Source: an uncultured Desulfovibrio sp.
GTDB lineage: Bacteria > Desulfobacterota > Desulfovibrionia > Desulfovibrionales > Desulfovibrionaceae
Direction: 5' to 3'
Assembly (NCBI RefSeq): GCF_902477725.1
Contig: NZ_CABSIF010000004.1
Span: forward strand, 31,121 to 95,120
Length of the DNA: 64,000 nt
The notes under the pieces are model-generated. The model searched no databases. It was not told the DNA's origin and saw nothing but the letters and a program-made list of their open reading frames with translations. Below, one piece after another: positions 10,501-20,670 of this stretch. Numbering within the stretch: the first letter of the stretch is position 1; each line of letters starts with the position of its first letter. Both the position numbers and the translations under genes were made by a program.

Positions 10501-11098
10501 CAAGGTCGAGAGCCGCGATATCATCTGGGGTGGCTGGAGTTTTGGCGGTCTACTGGCCTATGAATGCTCCCGGCGGTATGCGGCACTGGGCAACCGCAGC
10601 GAGCCTGTCATCATTCTTGATACCGTGGCCGACAATACCCGCGCAAAACAGATGGCGGCCAAGGACGACATCGAACTGTTGCAGCTCATTTTGCAGCAAG
10701 GTATGGCCTTTGACCCCGTAAAGCTGCGCGCCATGTCGCGCGATCAGCAACTGGGCTACCTTGTGGAATGCGGGGAGAAAAGCGGATTGCTGCCTGCCGG
10801 GTTCAGCGCCGTGCAGATGGACAACCTGCTGCTGACCTATCGCGGCAACACCCTGGCGGCTGCGCGCTATGAGCGGCCAAACCCTTCAGACTGTAAACTG
10901 CTGCTGGTGCGCGCGCTGGATTTTGCAAGCAACCCGCAGATAATAATGAATGATGACTACCAGGGCTGGGGCCGCTTTTTGAAAAAGGAAAACATCACGT
11001 TGCGCTGGACGCAAGGCACCCACGAATCCATGCTTTCTGCTGGCCTCGCCGCAAACGTGGCACAGCTCATCCTGGAGTATCTTGAAGGTGAAGGGTAG
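7565..11098 (+). CDS. Terminal NRPS: adenylation domain interrupted by a SAM methyltransferase, then PCP and thioesterase
   Basis: A1 LSFREL, A2 RAGAVYLP, MT motif VLDVGSGSG, A3 YIVYTSGSTGTPKG, PCP GGHS, TE GWSFGG; ATGA overlap with the upstream gene. Confidence 0.92.
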   Translation: MMKLSDFSFAVPAKKSATHESASISGSGPLTADVMQAGGEFASLEHLFRSIADARPETQALTGGGPGLSFRELDVFSERIARFILAQGYGHEAVVGVLCARGAVYLAAALGVMRAGAVYLPVEREQPQSRKEAMLRPASLIIADSACLREAEYFHYRNPGIRHVLCLDAQDYDDAAEKGTGLVSTEYWEQVAQAGSDMGWKSDFDAAPCPQSELAALAAAVLEKCGLAHSAEAHGAEDSRAGRKVLDVGSGSGCVAQALAGAAQEYAAVDLARNELSRLARFDAAARVTPYRMEAADIHFLEGQAFDVVVINGVVENFPGYNYLRRVLNHAVEMLTPDGLVFVGAVRDLDCRDDLRAALQAHALATGDQSGLLRLDASAELFVPRQLFTEWAARCPVPVQVTFSPCVLGQTYEQSRVDGGAQHGAQSFRYDVIIRPGGSCPQVPVSRFGAQYLPPAGGQALPPCEPSQAAYIVYTSGSTGTPKGVVVEHRNLMHILRALRPYAAGCESVGLVAPLSFDASVQQLAVSVFSGKSLHVLSDEERKNPSLFCACARERGLDLCDMTPAFFNVLTDWLAEQRQPLPLKALLLAGEVLRPDVIRKFYAIPGNEGVVLFNVYGPTECTVDSSAFRIDMGNHQDFTAYPIGRPLEGVHICAMDKNCQELPDSVTGELWIFGDGVSRGYLNNASPGAFVEKDGQPCYRTGDNGYVQNGLVFYRGREDQQVKIRGNRVELGEVEKAVAGFPGVRQVAVVADTFRAGEEKTLAAYVVGDVDMALLRGYLEQHLPPYCVPAYFVPMMELPLSLNRKVDKKALPSPLGGVEIQRGRMPAGPVEEKLAGIWKRLLGCEITDADAGFFSLGGHSILSIRLIAMIEKEMGVHVAVNELVTHSSIAQLAALLAGKTEKRESPVIQLQHCEGGKNLVLFHPVGGSVFCYSDLARLLGGKYTVYAVEAAGFSRRRTSLTTELHTVESLAEYYLDEILKVESRDIIWGGWSFGGLLAYECSRRYAALGNRSEPVIILDTVADNTRAKQMAAKDDIELLQLILQQGMAFDPVKLRAMSRDQQLGYLVECGEKSGLLPAGFSAVQMDNLLLTYRGNTLAAARYERPNPSDCKLLLVRALDFASNPQIIMNDDYQGWGRFLKKENITLRWTQGTHESMLSAGLAANVAQLILEYLEGEG

Positions 11099-11954
11099 TC
11101 GAAAACATTGTCTATAAAAAGTCTAGACATGTTCTTAGGGTATTTCTTAACAATGTTGTAAAACTGTTGTTGGTAAAAAATGAGAGTTATTTCTATTTAG
11201 AGAAGGTGTGATACCTGTCTTGCGAACTGCTTTTACACGGCATTTGCGCTAAAGATTATCTTTTCAGGTTCGGTAAATTTTTTTTTCATTTTCCCCTAAA
11301 GTTTTTGCTTGAATTTTATGTTCCGGAATGAAACAGTCGTCCTTACGCTCGCAAGGCTGTTTTTTTCCGGTATTTTTTTTGTTTTGTCGCCCACAGGTGT
11401 GGATAGTGTGCGGCAGACCGCCAACGTTGCCCCTTGAGCTCCAAATGCCTGTTGAGGCAAGGGCCTGTCAGGCAAGCAGAAATATACCGATGCATTTTGC
11501 GCGCATCTGTTTTGGTAAGTGCATATTGGAGGCTTGCCTCACTGGTACACGCGCCGTGTTGAAGTGCTCGCTGTATATATTGGTGCGTAATTGTGATTAT
11601 TTATTTTTACATGGCAGTATACATGTAATCGTTTTATATACGCTGTAGGGTTTTATTTTTATTTTACATCGATCTTGCTATTTTTATTCAGTTCTTTCGT
11701 CTGGTCGTTGCGATTTGTGGCATGCAGGGGGTTGATCTCGTGTTGATATCTTCTTGTTGCCAATAAATAAATATCTACTTTCATATCATGCTGTGCCGAT
11801 TTTACGGCTAATTTGGTATTAGTTATCAAGGATTACACGCTATTGTCTTTGCTTTGGTTTTTCGTATATGACAGGCTTTGGGTTCAGGCATCTGCCTGGG
11901 CAAGTTGTGTTACCGTGTGCAGGGGCAGTGCAAACCCTAGCTCAGGATTTTGCC

Positions 11955-12860
11955 ATGCAATCTCAAAAAGAGTCCAGGCTGTTTTTGCAAAAGCTTTTGC
12001 AAAATCCGCCCGCGCTGCCGTTTGAACCCAAGCTGCTTCCCCTGCTGTTTGCGGTTACCCAGGAAGGCTCCAATGCCTCGGTGCGCTCGGTCGTTGCACT
12101 GATTGAAAAAAGCCCACGGCTCGCAACACGTGTGCTCACAGTGGCAAATTCGGCTGCATACGGGCTTGAGTTCAAGGTTTCTACCCTGCAAAGAGCCATC
12201 AGCATCATGGGCCTGCGCGAAGTGCGTCTGCTGGTGCTTATGGTGGGTATGTCGTCGTTTATACGCGAGGCGCAGCTTCCCAAAAGTTTTGATACTGCGG
12301 CGTTCTGGAAGCACCTGCTTTCTGTGGCAACCATTGCCCGAACCCTGGCGGATGTGCTCGGCGGAGATAACGGCGTATGTGGGCCTTGCGCCTGTGCTGG
12401 CGAGCGCCTGGTTATGGTGCCGGATGAGGCATACATAGCTGGCTTGCTCCATGATGTGGGCAAGATTTTTTTTGCTGCCGCACGGCCAGACCTCTGGGAA
12501 AAGACGGCAGAAATGGAACAGGCCGAAGATTGCGGCAGTTCCGAGGCTGAAACCGCTCAGCTCGGCATGGACCACGGGCTTATTGGGGCGGCAGTGATGC
12601 ACCAGTGGAAGCTGCCTCTGGTGCTTACCGAACCCATAAACCTGCACCATTCGCCCGAACTTGCCACAACGTATAAAATGGAGGCGCGCCTGCTTGCTGC
12701 GGCTAACGCCTTGGCGCATTGCAGCCATGATGCGCTCATGCTGAGGAGCAAGGCGGGCGAACACCTGCCCGATGGGTGCGATCTTGATGCCGTGAGCGCG
12801 GCTGTGCTTGAAAGTATGGTCAGAATACAGGAAGCCGGTTTTGCTGAGCTTGATGCATAG
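11955..12860 (+). CDS. HDOD domain protein
   Basis: RVLTVANSAAY, AISIMG, AGLLHDVGK, DHGLIG, W.LP motifs; ATG 11955 after CAGGA (ORF track starts at 11868). Confidence 0.88.
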   Translation: MQSQKESRLFLQKLLQNPPALPFEPKLLPLLFAVTQEGSNASVRSVVALIEKSPRLATRVLTVANSAAYGLEFKVSTLQRAISIMGLREVRLLVLMVGMSSFIREAQLPKSFDTAAFWKHLLSVATIARTLADVLGGDNGVCGPCACAGERLVMVPDEAYIAGLLHDVGKIFFAAARPDLWEKTAEMEQAEDCGSSEAETAQLGMDHGLIGAAVMHQWKLPLVLTEPINLHHSPELATTYKMEARLLAAANALAHCSHDALMLRSKAGEHLPDGCDLDAVSAAVLESMVRIQEAGFAELDA

Positions 12861-12930
12861 CCCGTGCGTGGGCCTGATGCCGCATTTGTTTTTTTCAACT
12901 TTTCTTGAGGCTCACATTTGAGGCGCGCAC

Positions 12931-14589
12931 ATGGATATTGAAACCGGCCTTGATAATCTGCTGCGCGGGCAATTCGACGCTGCGCTGGCCGAATTTGAAG
13001 GCTGCGGGCAGCAGCCCACAGCAGAGAAACTGTGCGAGCTCACGCGGGCCTGCGCTGATCTTTCTGCCTATGCGGCGGCACTGGCAGAAGGGGATCTGTC
13101 TGTGCGCCCGCCCAAATCCTGCCGGCACTTTTCCACGCACCTTGAAAGCCTGCACGCCAAGCTCAAACGTCTGGCGCGGCAACTGCTCATATTCAGCGCG
13201 GGGTACCCCATGCCTGCGGTTGACGATATGGGCGACCTCTCTGACGGGCTGACCTTCCTTATCAATCAGGCGCAGACCTGCAAAAAGCAGGTCGAGCACG
13301 ACCAGAATCACGATGTTGAAACCGGCCTCATGAACCGCCGGGCCTTTGTTCGCGGCGTGCGCGAAGCCTTGCAGATGCAGCCCGGCAAATTTGGCGTACT
13401 GCTTTCGTGCGGTCTGGATAATCTCAAGTACGTAAATGAGGCGCATGGGTACGATGGGGGCGATCTGTACATAAGCAAGGTGGTTGAAGCCTTGCAGATG
13501 TGCGAAAATGACGCAGTGCTGCTGGCCCGCACGGCAGGCAGCGAATTTGCAGTTTTTGCCCACGGTTTTGATAATGAAGAAAGCGCCTTGCGTTTTGCGC
13601 AGGATAACCGCAAAACCCTGCTGAACACCACCATCGAGCTGCCCAATGAAGTTGTGCGCATACGCGCCTCGCTTGGGGTGGCCGTGTATCCCAGCGATGC
13701 CATGACTGGTGATGTGCTCATGAATTATGCCAGCCACGCCATGTTTGAAGTGCAGAATTTCAATCGAGGCACGCTCATGCGGTTCAATCCCGAAGTTTAC
13801 CGGGCCAAGGCCAATATCTTGAGCCGGCAGGAACGTCTGGACGAATTGCTTGAAGGCCAGCTGATCCGCTTTGCCTTTCAGCCCATTGTGAGCCTGAAAG
13901 AGGGCTCAATTTACGGTTATGAGGCGCTCATGCGCTCCACAACCCCGCATTTTGCCTCGCCGCTTGATGTGCTGCAACTGGCAGAGGCGCAGTCAAAACT
14001 GCCCCAGCTGGAGTATATGACCTTCAGGATGATTTTTGACTGGATGGGCAAAAATCTCCCTTCGCTCGGCGCCAGAAAGATATTTTTCAACGCCATTTCC
14101 GCGCAGTATCTGGATGCTCGGGAGCTGCGCAATCTGCACCCGCGCTATGAAGACATAAGCCGCAACATGGTGTTTGAAATCATAGAAACCGCCAGCAGCG
14201 AGGAGGGCCTTGCCCAAAAGGTGCGCGAACTGCGCTCGGAGCTGGCGGCCTTTATCGCCATTGACGATTTTGGCTGCGCCCACTCAAATGCGCTGCGGCT
14301 TTTGAATATTTCGCCCGAGATTCTCAAAATCGACAGTTTTTTTATCCGCGCCATCCACAAGGCACCCGCATCCAAGAGGGAATTTCTTTCCAATATCCTT
14401 GTATATTGCCGTTCAAAGGGCATTCTCACCGTGGCGGAGGGTGTGGAAACCCACGAGGAACTTGCCAGCGTTGTTGCTCTGGGTTTTGATCTAGCGCAGG
14501 GCTTTTATCTGGCAAGGCCGGAATTCGCCCTCCAAGAACTTGCGCCAAGCCAGATTGAAGAAATCACCGCGCTCAAGCGCACAGTTTGA
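12931..14589 (+). CDS. Degenerate GGDEF + EAL protein, probable c-di-GMP phosphodiesterase
   Basis: GGDEF replaced by AGSEF; EAL domain with YEALMR, DDFG, LKID, AEGVE, QGF. Confidence 0.88.
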   Translation: MDIETGLDNLLRGQFDAALAEFEGCGQQPTAEKLCELTRACADLSAYAAALAEGDLSVRPPKSCRHFSTHLESLHAKLKRLARQLLIFSAGYPMPAVDDMGDLSDGLTFLINQAQTCKKQVEHDQNHDVETGLMNRRAFVRGVREALQMQPGKFGVLLSCGLDNLKYVNEAHGYDGGDLYISKVVEALQMCENDAVLLARTAGSEFAVFAHGFDNEESALRFAQDNRKTLLNTTIELPNEVVRIRASLGVAVYPSDAMTGDVLMNYASHAMFEVQNFNRGTLMRFNPEVYRAKANILSRQERLDELLEGQLIRFAFQPIVSLKEGSIYGYEALMRSTTPHFASPLDVLQLAEAQSKLPQLEYMTFRMIFDWMGKNLPSLGARKIFFNAISAQYLDARELRNLHPRYEDISRNMVFEIIETASSEEGLAQKVRELRSELAAFIAIDDFGCAHSNALRLLNISPEILKIDSFFIRAIHKAPASKREFLSNILVYCRSKGILTVAEGVETHEELASVVALGFDLAQGFYLARPEFALQELAPSQIEEITALKRTV

Positions 14590-14676
14590 TTCTGTTATTC
14601 TCCTCCATCTCCATTTTCCCTGTTTCCTGCCTGCTCCGCCTGCAAGCTGACTACCCCCCGTCCATTCCCATTCCTT

Positions 14677-15828
14677 TCATTCCGTTATGCCCAAAAGGCG
14701 CGGGATATCCCAGTCTTCCGTCTCTTTGAATGAAAGCGCGCGGCTCACGAAAATCTTGCTTGCCGCCGACAGGTCAAGCCTGTCTTCCATGTAGGCTACC
14801 CCTCTGGATTTTCTGACAATGATCACAGTTGGTCGGGTTGGAAAATCGGGGTTGCTGCTGCTTATGAGACCCATGCGCCCGTCTGAAAGCTTGACCGCCG
14901 TTCCTAGCGGGAAGACCCCCACCATCCTTATGAAAGAATCCGCAAAGCCGCGCGGCCATGCCGTTCCGTTCATTTTGTACATGATTGCCAGCGCATGACT
15001 GGGGCAAAGGGCCTCTTTATATACGCGCCTGGATGAAAGCGCGTCATACACATCGCAGATAGAGATGATACGTCCAAAAAGGCCGATGGCAGAGCCTTTG
15101 AGTCCGTAAGGATACCCCAGGCCATCGTACATTTCGTGGTGCTGGGCTGCGCCCTCAAGAATTTCTGGTGCGATATTGGGTATCTTGCGCAAAGCGTCAT
15201 AGCCGAGCAGCACGTGCGAACGCATAACGGCAAATTCTGGCGGGGAAAGCGTGCGCGGCGCATTGAGGATTTCTCTCGGCACGAGTGCCTTGCCGTAATC
15301 ATGAAACAGCCCGGCCATACCGGCAAGTTGCTGCTGCTGATCCGTGAGGCCCAGATGCCGGGCGAAGGCAACGGCGAAAATGGCCACGTTGACGCTGTGT
15401 CTGTAGGTGTATTCGTCACGCCCTTTCAGGTTGGCGAGTGTCAGCATGGCGTTGGCATTACGCTTGAGGGCAAGGATGATGGATTTAACGCAGGGCTCCG
15501 CCCCTGCAATGTCGGCGCTGCCGCACACGCCGGAAGTCATGGTGGCTTTTACATGAGCGTAAGCGGCAGCGTGCGCTCTTTGCGCCTGCGCAAGATGGCG
15601 TGAAAACACGCGCGGTAGCCCGCAGCTTGGTTCGTAGGCGGGAACGGCGCTCTCCGGATCGTGAATTACTTCGGTAAAGCCCTGCTGGATGATCCCGTCA
15701 ATTTCTGCCTGATCGGCCACAAGACCCTCGCGCATGTAGAGCAGCGGGGCATTGATCCAGGAAATGCCCGGATTGAGCACGTACATTCCCGGCTTCAGGT
15801 TTGCTATAGGTATCCGTTCCGCAGGCAT
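14677..15828 (-). CDS. HD-GYP domain phosphodiesterase with N-terminal DUF3391-like region
   Basis: HSVNV, FHDYGK, HHEMYDGLGYP, DVYDAL motifs; alternative start 15852. Confidence 0.9.
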   Translation of the reverse strand: MPAERIPIANLKPGMYVLNPGISWINAPLLYMREGLVADQAEIDGIIQQGFTEVIHDPESAVPAYEPSCGLPRVFSRHLAQAQRAHAAAYAHVKATMTSGVCGSADIAGAEPCVKSIILALKRNANAMLTLANLKGRDEYTYRHSVNVAIFAVAFARHLGLTDQQQQLAGMAGLFHDYGKALVPREILNAPRTLSPPEFAVMRSHVLLGYDALRKIPNIAPEILEGAAQHHEMYDGLGYPYGLKGSAIGLFGRIISICDVYDALSSRRVYKEALCPSHALAIMYKMNGTAWPRGFADSFIRMVGVFPLGTAVKLSDGRMGLISSSNPDFPTRPTVIIVRKSRGVAYMEDRLDLSAASKIFVSRALSFKETEDWDIPRLLGITE

Positions 15829-16343
15829 GCTGGTGGATCCTTTGGCAGGCATTTGCGTTGATTTTCACTACAATAATATAACACTTCAAAATTTTAGGAG
15901 TAAAGGGATAAAACGCGCCGTTTTTGCAACTGACTGATTGGATTGTTCAAAATTTCTTTTCGCGCCAATTCTCAGTTTGATTGGTAGCACCGCACCAATG
16001 TGAAATTAATATTTTATCACTCTTGTATAAAAAATGTGATTTCCAATAGATTGAAATTATAAATAAAAAAAATTGAGTATGCACTCAAGTTATAAAAACT
16101 ACAATTAAATTAGGGTTTAAAGAAAGTGTGTGAAAACAGGAACCTGGCTGGAAATTAAAAAAAAACTGTGCTAGCGACAATGCTTCCTAATTAAATTATC
16201 AGACAAGATTAGTACAGTTGCGGTGGCTTGGAAATGTTTGCAACGGCACAACTGAAGAATTTTTCACTTCAGGCTGATTGCTGGATTGGCGCGATGTGCC
16301 GCAGACAGATGGCAATATCCCTTACTCGCACGAGAGAAGCACT

Positions 16344-18461
16344 ATGGGCAGTATGCAGTTGGTTCAGAGTGTATGCGGAATGTGCACCGCAAGGTGTCCA
16401 ATTTCTGTAGAAATAAAAGATGGTGCCGTGGGTATGATTTACGGCAATCCGCACAGTCCCCTCAAGGGTGCCTTGTGCGCGCGCGGCGTGGCTGGCAAGG
16501 CCCTTGAGCGCGAGTCGGAGTGCCCGCAGAGCCCGCTTATTCGCGTGGGTGAGCGGGGCGAGGGCAAGTGGAAAAAGGTTTCGTGGGAAGAAGCCTTTGA
16601 CTATGTTGCGCAAAAAATTGCCGCAGTGCAGCAGCAATACGGCAGGGAAGCCGTGCTGTGGTCTGACCGCGACGGCCCCTTTACCGACCTGTACCGCGCC
16701 TTCATGCGCGGCATAGGTTCGCCCAACGTCTGTACGCACAGCACCTCGTGCGACCTCAATACCCACCACGCCTGCAAGGCCGTCATGGGCCTCGGGCGCG
16801 GCATGGCCGTCAACGATTTTGCCAACTGCAAGCACATCGTGCTGCAAACGCGCAACATTTTTGAAGCTATCAACCTTGGCGAGGCCAGAACCGTCATGCA
16901 GGCCCTGCGCAAAGGCTGCAAGCTGACGGTCATTGACATCCGCCACAACGTTTCGGCCTCCAAGGCCAATGATTTTCTGCTTGTCCGTCCCGGTACGGAC
17001 TATGCCTTCAATCTGGGCATCATCAACACGCTTATTACTCACAAGCTGTACAACAAGGATTATGTGGACGCCCACACCACGGGTTTTGCCGAACTGGCCG
17101 AATTTGTGGCTCCTTATACGGCGGAATGGGCGGCAGAGCAGTGTCAGGTCGATGCGCAGGCCATTGTGCGCCTTGCGCAATCGCTTGCCGCCGCCGCCCC
17201 CCATGTGATCTGGCATCCCGGCTGGATGACCTCGCGGTATGGGGATTCTTTTCAGGTTGCACGCACGGCCCTGGTCATTACGGCCCTGCTGGGCGGCGTG
17301 GGCGTCAAGGGCGGCATAGTGCCGGGCCGTACCCCAAAGGAATGCGGCAAGGCCGGGCTCAAAAAGTTTACGGATCTTTTTCCCGCGCCCAAGGGCTTGC
17401 GCGCCGACGGCCTTGGCGTTGACAACAAGGCTTTCGACCCCGGCAAGGGGCTGCTGCACAAGGCTTTTGAAGCCATCAGCAATCCTCCGCAGGGGGCAGC
17501 TCCGGTCAAGGCTTACATGTGCTGGCGGCACGACCCCTTGCAGGGCTATCCCGATCCCGATGCGCTGCGCAAACACTTTGACGGCCTTGACCTGCTTGTG
17601 AGCGTCACGTTCTCCTGGTCAGACACCGCCTGGTATTCAGACGTGGTGCTGCCGCTCTCCACCTACCTTTCGCGCGAAAGCATCATTGCCACCAAGAACG
17701 GCCTCAAGCCGCAGTTCTTTGTGCGCAACCGCGTTATCCCGCCGCGCTACGACACCAAGGCCGACTGGGAAATCATTGGCGGTCTGGCAAAGCGCCTCGG
17801 GCTTGATCCGCTGGTTTTTGAAAGCGCGGAGGACGTGTGGCGTTTTCAGCTTGAAGGAACAGGCCTCACCAGCGCGGACTTTACCGAAAAAGGCTTTGTC
17901 TCGCTCACCAGTGATCCTCTGTACGTGGATCTGGCAAATTATTCCTTCCCCACTGCCTCGGGCAAGGTTGAGCTGACCAGCGAGGGCTACGGCAAGGGCT
18001 GCGGCGAAAACATGCTCCCCCCCTACACGCCGCCCGTTGCACCGCCCGAGGGGGCCTACCGCATTACCTTTGGACGCGTGGCCGTGCATACCCAGGGCCA
18101 TACCATCAATAATCCTCTGCTGCTTGAGCAGGTTCCTGAAAATACCGTGTGGATCAACAGCAAAAAGGCCAAGGCCGCTGGCATCAACCCCGGCGACAGG
18201 GTGCGCGTGCGTGATGCTGCGGGCAATGCCATGGGCGAGGCCGGGGTCAAGATCACCTCTGCCATCCATCCCGAGGCCATCTTTGTGGTGCATGGCTTTG
18301 GCCACGATCTGCCTTGCGAAAGCCGGGCTTTCCACAAGGGAATCTCTGACAGCAAGTGCCTGCGCGGTGGTCTGGACATGCAGGACATGGGCGGTGGCGG
18401 TCTTGCCATGCAGGAGCATTTTGTCACGCTGGAGAAAGTGGCCGCTTCCGGCGCTGCCTAG
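16344..18461 (+). CDS. Molybdopterin (bis-PGD) oxidoreductase catalytic subunit, PsrA/PhsA-like, no Tat signal
   Basis: N-terminal CGMCTARC...LCARG Fe-S motif, likely Mo-ligand Cys in THSTSC, SDVVLP, C-terminal HTQG..N..L domain; no twin-Arg leader. Confidence 0.9.
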   Translation: MGSMQLVQSVCGMCTARCPISVEIKDGAVGMIYGNPHSPLKGALCARGVAGKALERESECPQSPLIRVGERGEGKWKKVSWEEAFDYVAQKIAAVQQQYGREAVLWSDRDGPFTDLYRAFMRGIGSPNVCTHSTSCDLNTHHACKAVMGLGRGMAVNDFANCKHIVLQTRNIFEAINLGEARTVMQALRKGCKLTVIDIRHNVSASKANDFLLVRPGTDYAFNLGIINTLITHKLYNKDYVDAHTTGFAELAEFVAPYTAEWAAEQCQVDAQAIVRLAQSLAAAAPHVIWHPGWMTSRYGDSFQVARTALVITALLGGVGVKGGIVPGRTPKECGKAGLKKFTDLFPAPKGLRADGLGVDNKAFDPGKGLLHKAFEAISNPPQGAAPVKAYMCWRHDPLQGYPDPDALRKHFDGLDLLVSVTFSWSDTAWYSDVVLPLSTYLSRESIIATKNGLKPQFFVRNRVIPPRYDTKADWEIIGGLAKRLGLDPLVFESAEDVWRFQLEGTGLTSADFTEKGFVSLTSDPLYVDLANYSFPTASGKVELTSEGYGKGCGENMLPPYTPPVAPPEGAYRITFGRVAVHTQGHTINNPLLLEQVPENTVWINSKKAKAAGINPGDRVRVRDAAGNAMGEAGVKITSAIHPEAIFVVHGFGHDLPCESRAFHKGISDSKCLRGGLDMQDMGGGGLAMQEHFVTLEKVAASGAA

Positions 18462-18553
18462 ACGGACTCTGCTCCGGATATTGTCAAAGGCATGGCCTGA
18501 TACTGCAAGGAAATTTACGGGAACAACCCACCGAGCCGCGTGGGAGGATGGTT

Positions 18554-19060
18554 ATGAGCAAATATATTGTCATGCACAATTCGGCGGATTGCATAGGCTG
18601 CAAGGCTTGCGAGGTTCAGTGCCGCAGCCTGCACAACGGCGGGCCGGGGGCTTTTTTCTGCCGCGTTCTTTCCGTGGAGCAGACCGAACCCAAGCCCGCG
18701 CTGGGTTTTGTGTACACCTCGTGCTTTCACTGTGAAAATCCCTGGTGCGTCAAGGCCTGCCCCACAGGGGCCATGCGCCGCAGGGATGATGGCATTGTCT
18801 ATGTGGAAACCTCGGCCTGCGTGGGCTGCAAGGCCTGCATCACCGCCTGCCCCTGGGCCGCGCCCCAGTGGAACGCCCAGACCGGCAAGGTGGATAAGTG
18901 CGACCTGTGCCGCGACCGCATTGATCAGGGCCTCAAGCCTGCCTGCGTAACCACCTGCGCCATGAGCTGCCTGCAATTCTCCACGCCGGATGCGGCCAGT
19001 CAGGAAAAGCGGCAGGAATTTGCCGAGCAGTTGCAGCGCAACAGGCCTGTTGTCCGCTAG
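18554..19060 (+). CDS. 4Fe-4S dicluster subunit (PhsB/DmsB/PsrB-like)
   Basis: CIGCKACEVQC, CFHCENPWCVKACP, CVGCKACITACP, KCDLC...PACVTTC; GGAGG RBS. Confidence 0.92.
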   Translation: MSKYIVMHNSADCIGCKACEVQCRSLHNGGPGAFFCRVLSVEQTEPKPALGFVYTSCFHCENPWCVKACPTGAMRRRDDGIVYVETSACVGCKACITACPWAAPQWNAQTGKVDKCDLCRDRIDQGLKPACVTTCAMSCLQFSTPDAASQEKRQEFAEQLQRNRPVVR

Positions 19061-19223
19061 AACGTGATTTGTTTTCTGCCGGGCCTTACAGTGCTTGCGG
19101 CAGAATGTTCAGGTTGATTGGCGGCTGCTCTGGCAGGAGACGCCGGTGACGGAACAGGGCCGTGCGATTGTTCGGCCCTGCTCGCCCGGAATATGACGAA
19201 GACATTCAACAAGGTGGCTTTTT

Positions 19224-19598
19224 ATGGTGCCTACGGTTGCCGGAGAAGAGTATCTTGCCATTCTGCTGCTGCTTGTTATTGCGCTGCTTTTTGGCGTGCT
19301 TACGTTGTTTTTCGGGCGGTTTTTCCGCATGCGTCGGCCCTACCGCGAAAAACTCATGCCCTATGAGTGCGGCAACGAGCCAACCGCCGAGCCACGCACG
19401 CGTTTTTCCATCAAATTTTATTACGTTGCCATTCTTTTTGTCATCATCGATGTGGAAGCCATCTTCCTCTACACCTGGGCAGTGGAGTTTGTGCGTCTGG
19501 GCAGCCTTGGGCTGGCGGAAATGCTGACCTTCATGACCCTGCTGGTGCTGGCCTATGCCTATGCCTGGAAAAAGGGGGCCTTTGAATGGGTGAAGTAG
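19224..19598 (+). CDS. nuoA: NADH-quinone oxidoreductase subunit A
   Basis: [27 protein letters not shown]. Confidence 0.93.
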   Translation: MVPTVAGEEYLAILLLLVIALLFGVLTLFFGRFFRMRRPYREKLMPYECGNEPTAEPRTRFSIKFYYVAILFVIIDVEAIFLYTWAVEFVRLGSLGLAEMLTFMTLLVLAYAYAWKKGAFEWVK

Positions 19599-20128
19599 AA
19601 ACTCGCACCGCCGCGCATGGCAACCAGCCGCTTGTGGTGCACAAGGACGGCCTGCGGTTTTTCCCCGGCGCCAACGCCGTGCTCGGGCCACTCAACTCCC
19701 TGGTCAACTGGGGCCGTTGCGGCTCCATCTGGCCGGTGACCTTTGGCCTTGCCTGCTGCGCCATCGAAATGATGGCCACAGGCGCGTCAACGCACGATCT
19801 TGACCGCTTTGGCATCATCTTTCGCGCCAGCCCCCGACAGGCAGACTGCATGGTGGTGGCCGGAACCCTGAGCAAAAAAATGGCCCCGGTGCTGCGCAGG
19901 GTTTATGACCAGATGCCCGAGCCGCGCTATGTGCTCGCCATGGGCAGTTGCGCATGCAGCGGCGGGCTTTTTCAGTCGTATGCCGTAACTCAGGGCGTGG
20001 ATCAGATTATTCCGGTAGACGTCTATGTGCCGGGCTGCCCCCCGCGTCCGGAAGCGCTTTTTGACGGCTTTATCAAGTTGCAGGAGAAAATTAACAAGGA
20101 GCAATTTCGATGGAGTCCCTGGAGATAG
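19586..20128 (+). CDS. nuoB: NADH-quinone oxidoreductase subunit B
   Basis: [33 protein letters not shown]. Confidence 0.95.
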   Translation: MGEVETRTAAHGNQPLVVHKDGLRFFPGANAVLGPLNSLVNWGRCGSIWPVTFGLACCAIEMMATGASTHDLDRFGIIFRASPRQADCMVVAGTLSKKMAPVLRRVYDQMPEPRYVLAMGSCACSGGLFQSYAVTQGVDQIIPVDVYVPGCPPRPEALFDGFIKLQEKINKEQFRWSPWR

Positions 20129-20670
20129 CGCGTCTGCTGCGTGAGGCTTTTCCGCAGGAAGTGCTCGACATACAGGAGTTTCGTGGGCAGACGGCAGTGC
20201 TGCTGCACCACGGGCGCATCCTTGATGTGCTGGTCTACGCCAGGGAGCATTTTGACATGATGCACCTGCGCTCGCTCTGCGGGGTGGACAACAGCCGCCG
20301 CAAGCAGGAGGGCCTTGGCGCGTTTGAGGTCGTCTATAACCTGTATTCCGTGAATCAGCGCATTGCCCTGCGTCTGCGCGCCCAACTGGACGATCCCGAT
20401 GCGGGCATTGATTCCGCCGTGCCCTTGTGGCCTGTGGCCAACTGGCTTGAGCGCGAAGTCTTTGACCTCATGGGCATACACTTCAAGGGGCACCCTGACC
20501 TTCGCCGCATCCTGTTGCCGGGTGACTGGCAGGGTCACCCCCTGCGCAAGGCCTATCCTGTGCGCATCCCCTCGCGCGGTGTACCTGAATGGTCTGGCCT
20601 GACCGAATTGCGCGAACACGCCAGGGCGGCGGACGCTCTGAGCTGGCAGGGGGGAGAAAAGCATGAGTGA
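20110..20670 (+). CDS. nuoC: NADH-quinone oxidoreductase subunit C
   Basis: [32 protein letters not shown]. Confidence 0.93.
   Translation: MESLEIARLLREAFPQEVLDIQEFRGQTAVLLHHGRILDVLVYAREHFDMMHLRSLCGVDNSRRKQEGLGAFEVVYNLYSVNQRIALRLRAQLDDPDAGIDSAVPLWPVANWLEREVFDLMGIHFKGHPDLRRILLPGDWQGHPLRKAYPVRIPSRGVPEWSGLTELREHARAADALSWQGGEKHE

Noticed and set aside
11099..11954. c-di-GMP riboswitch or small ORFs (11328-11648, 11813-12025)
   Set aside because: No GEMM consensus seen; the ORFs lack an RBS and coding-like composition.
16344..18461. Selenocysteine-containing formate dehydrogenase, given selC in the window
   Set aside because: No in-frame TGA, a Cys ligand context of PsrA type, and no FDH (C/U)H motif.
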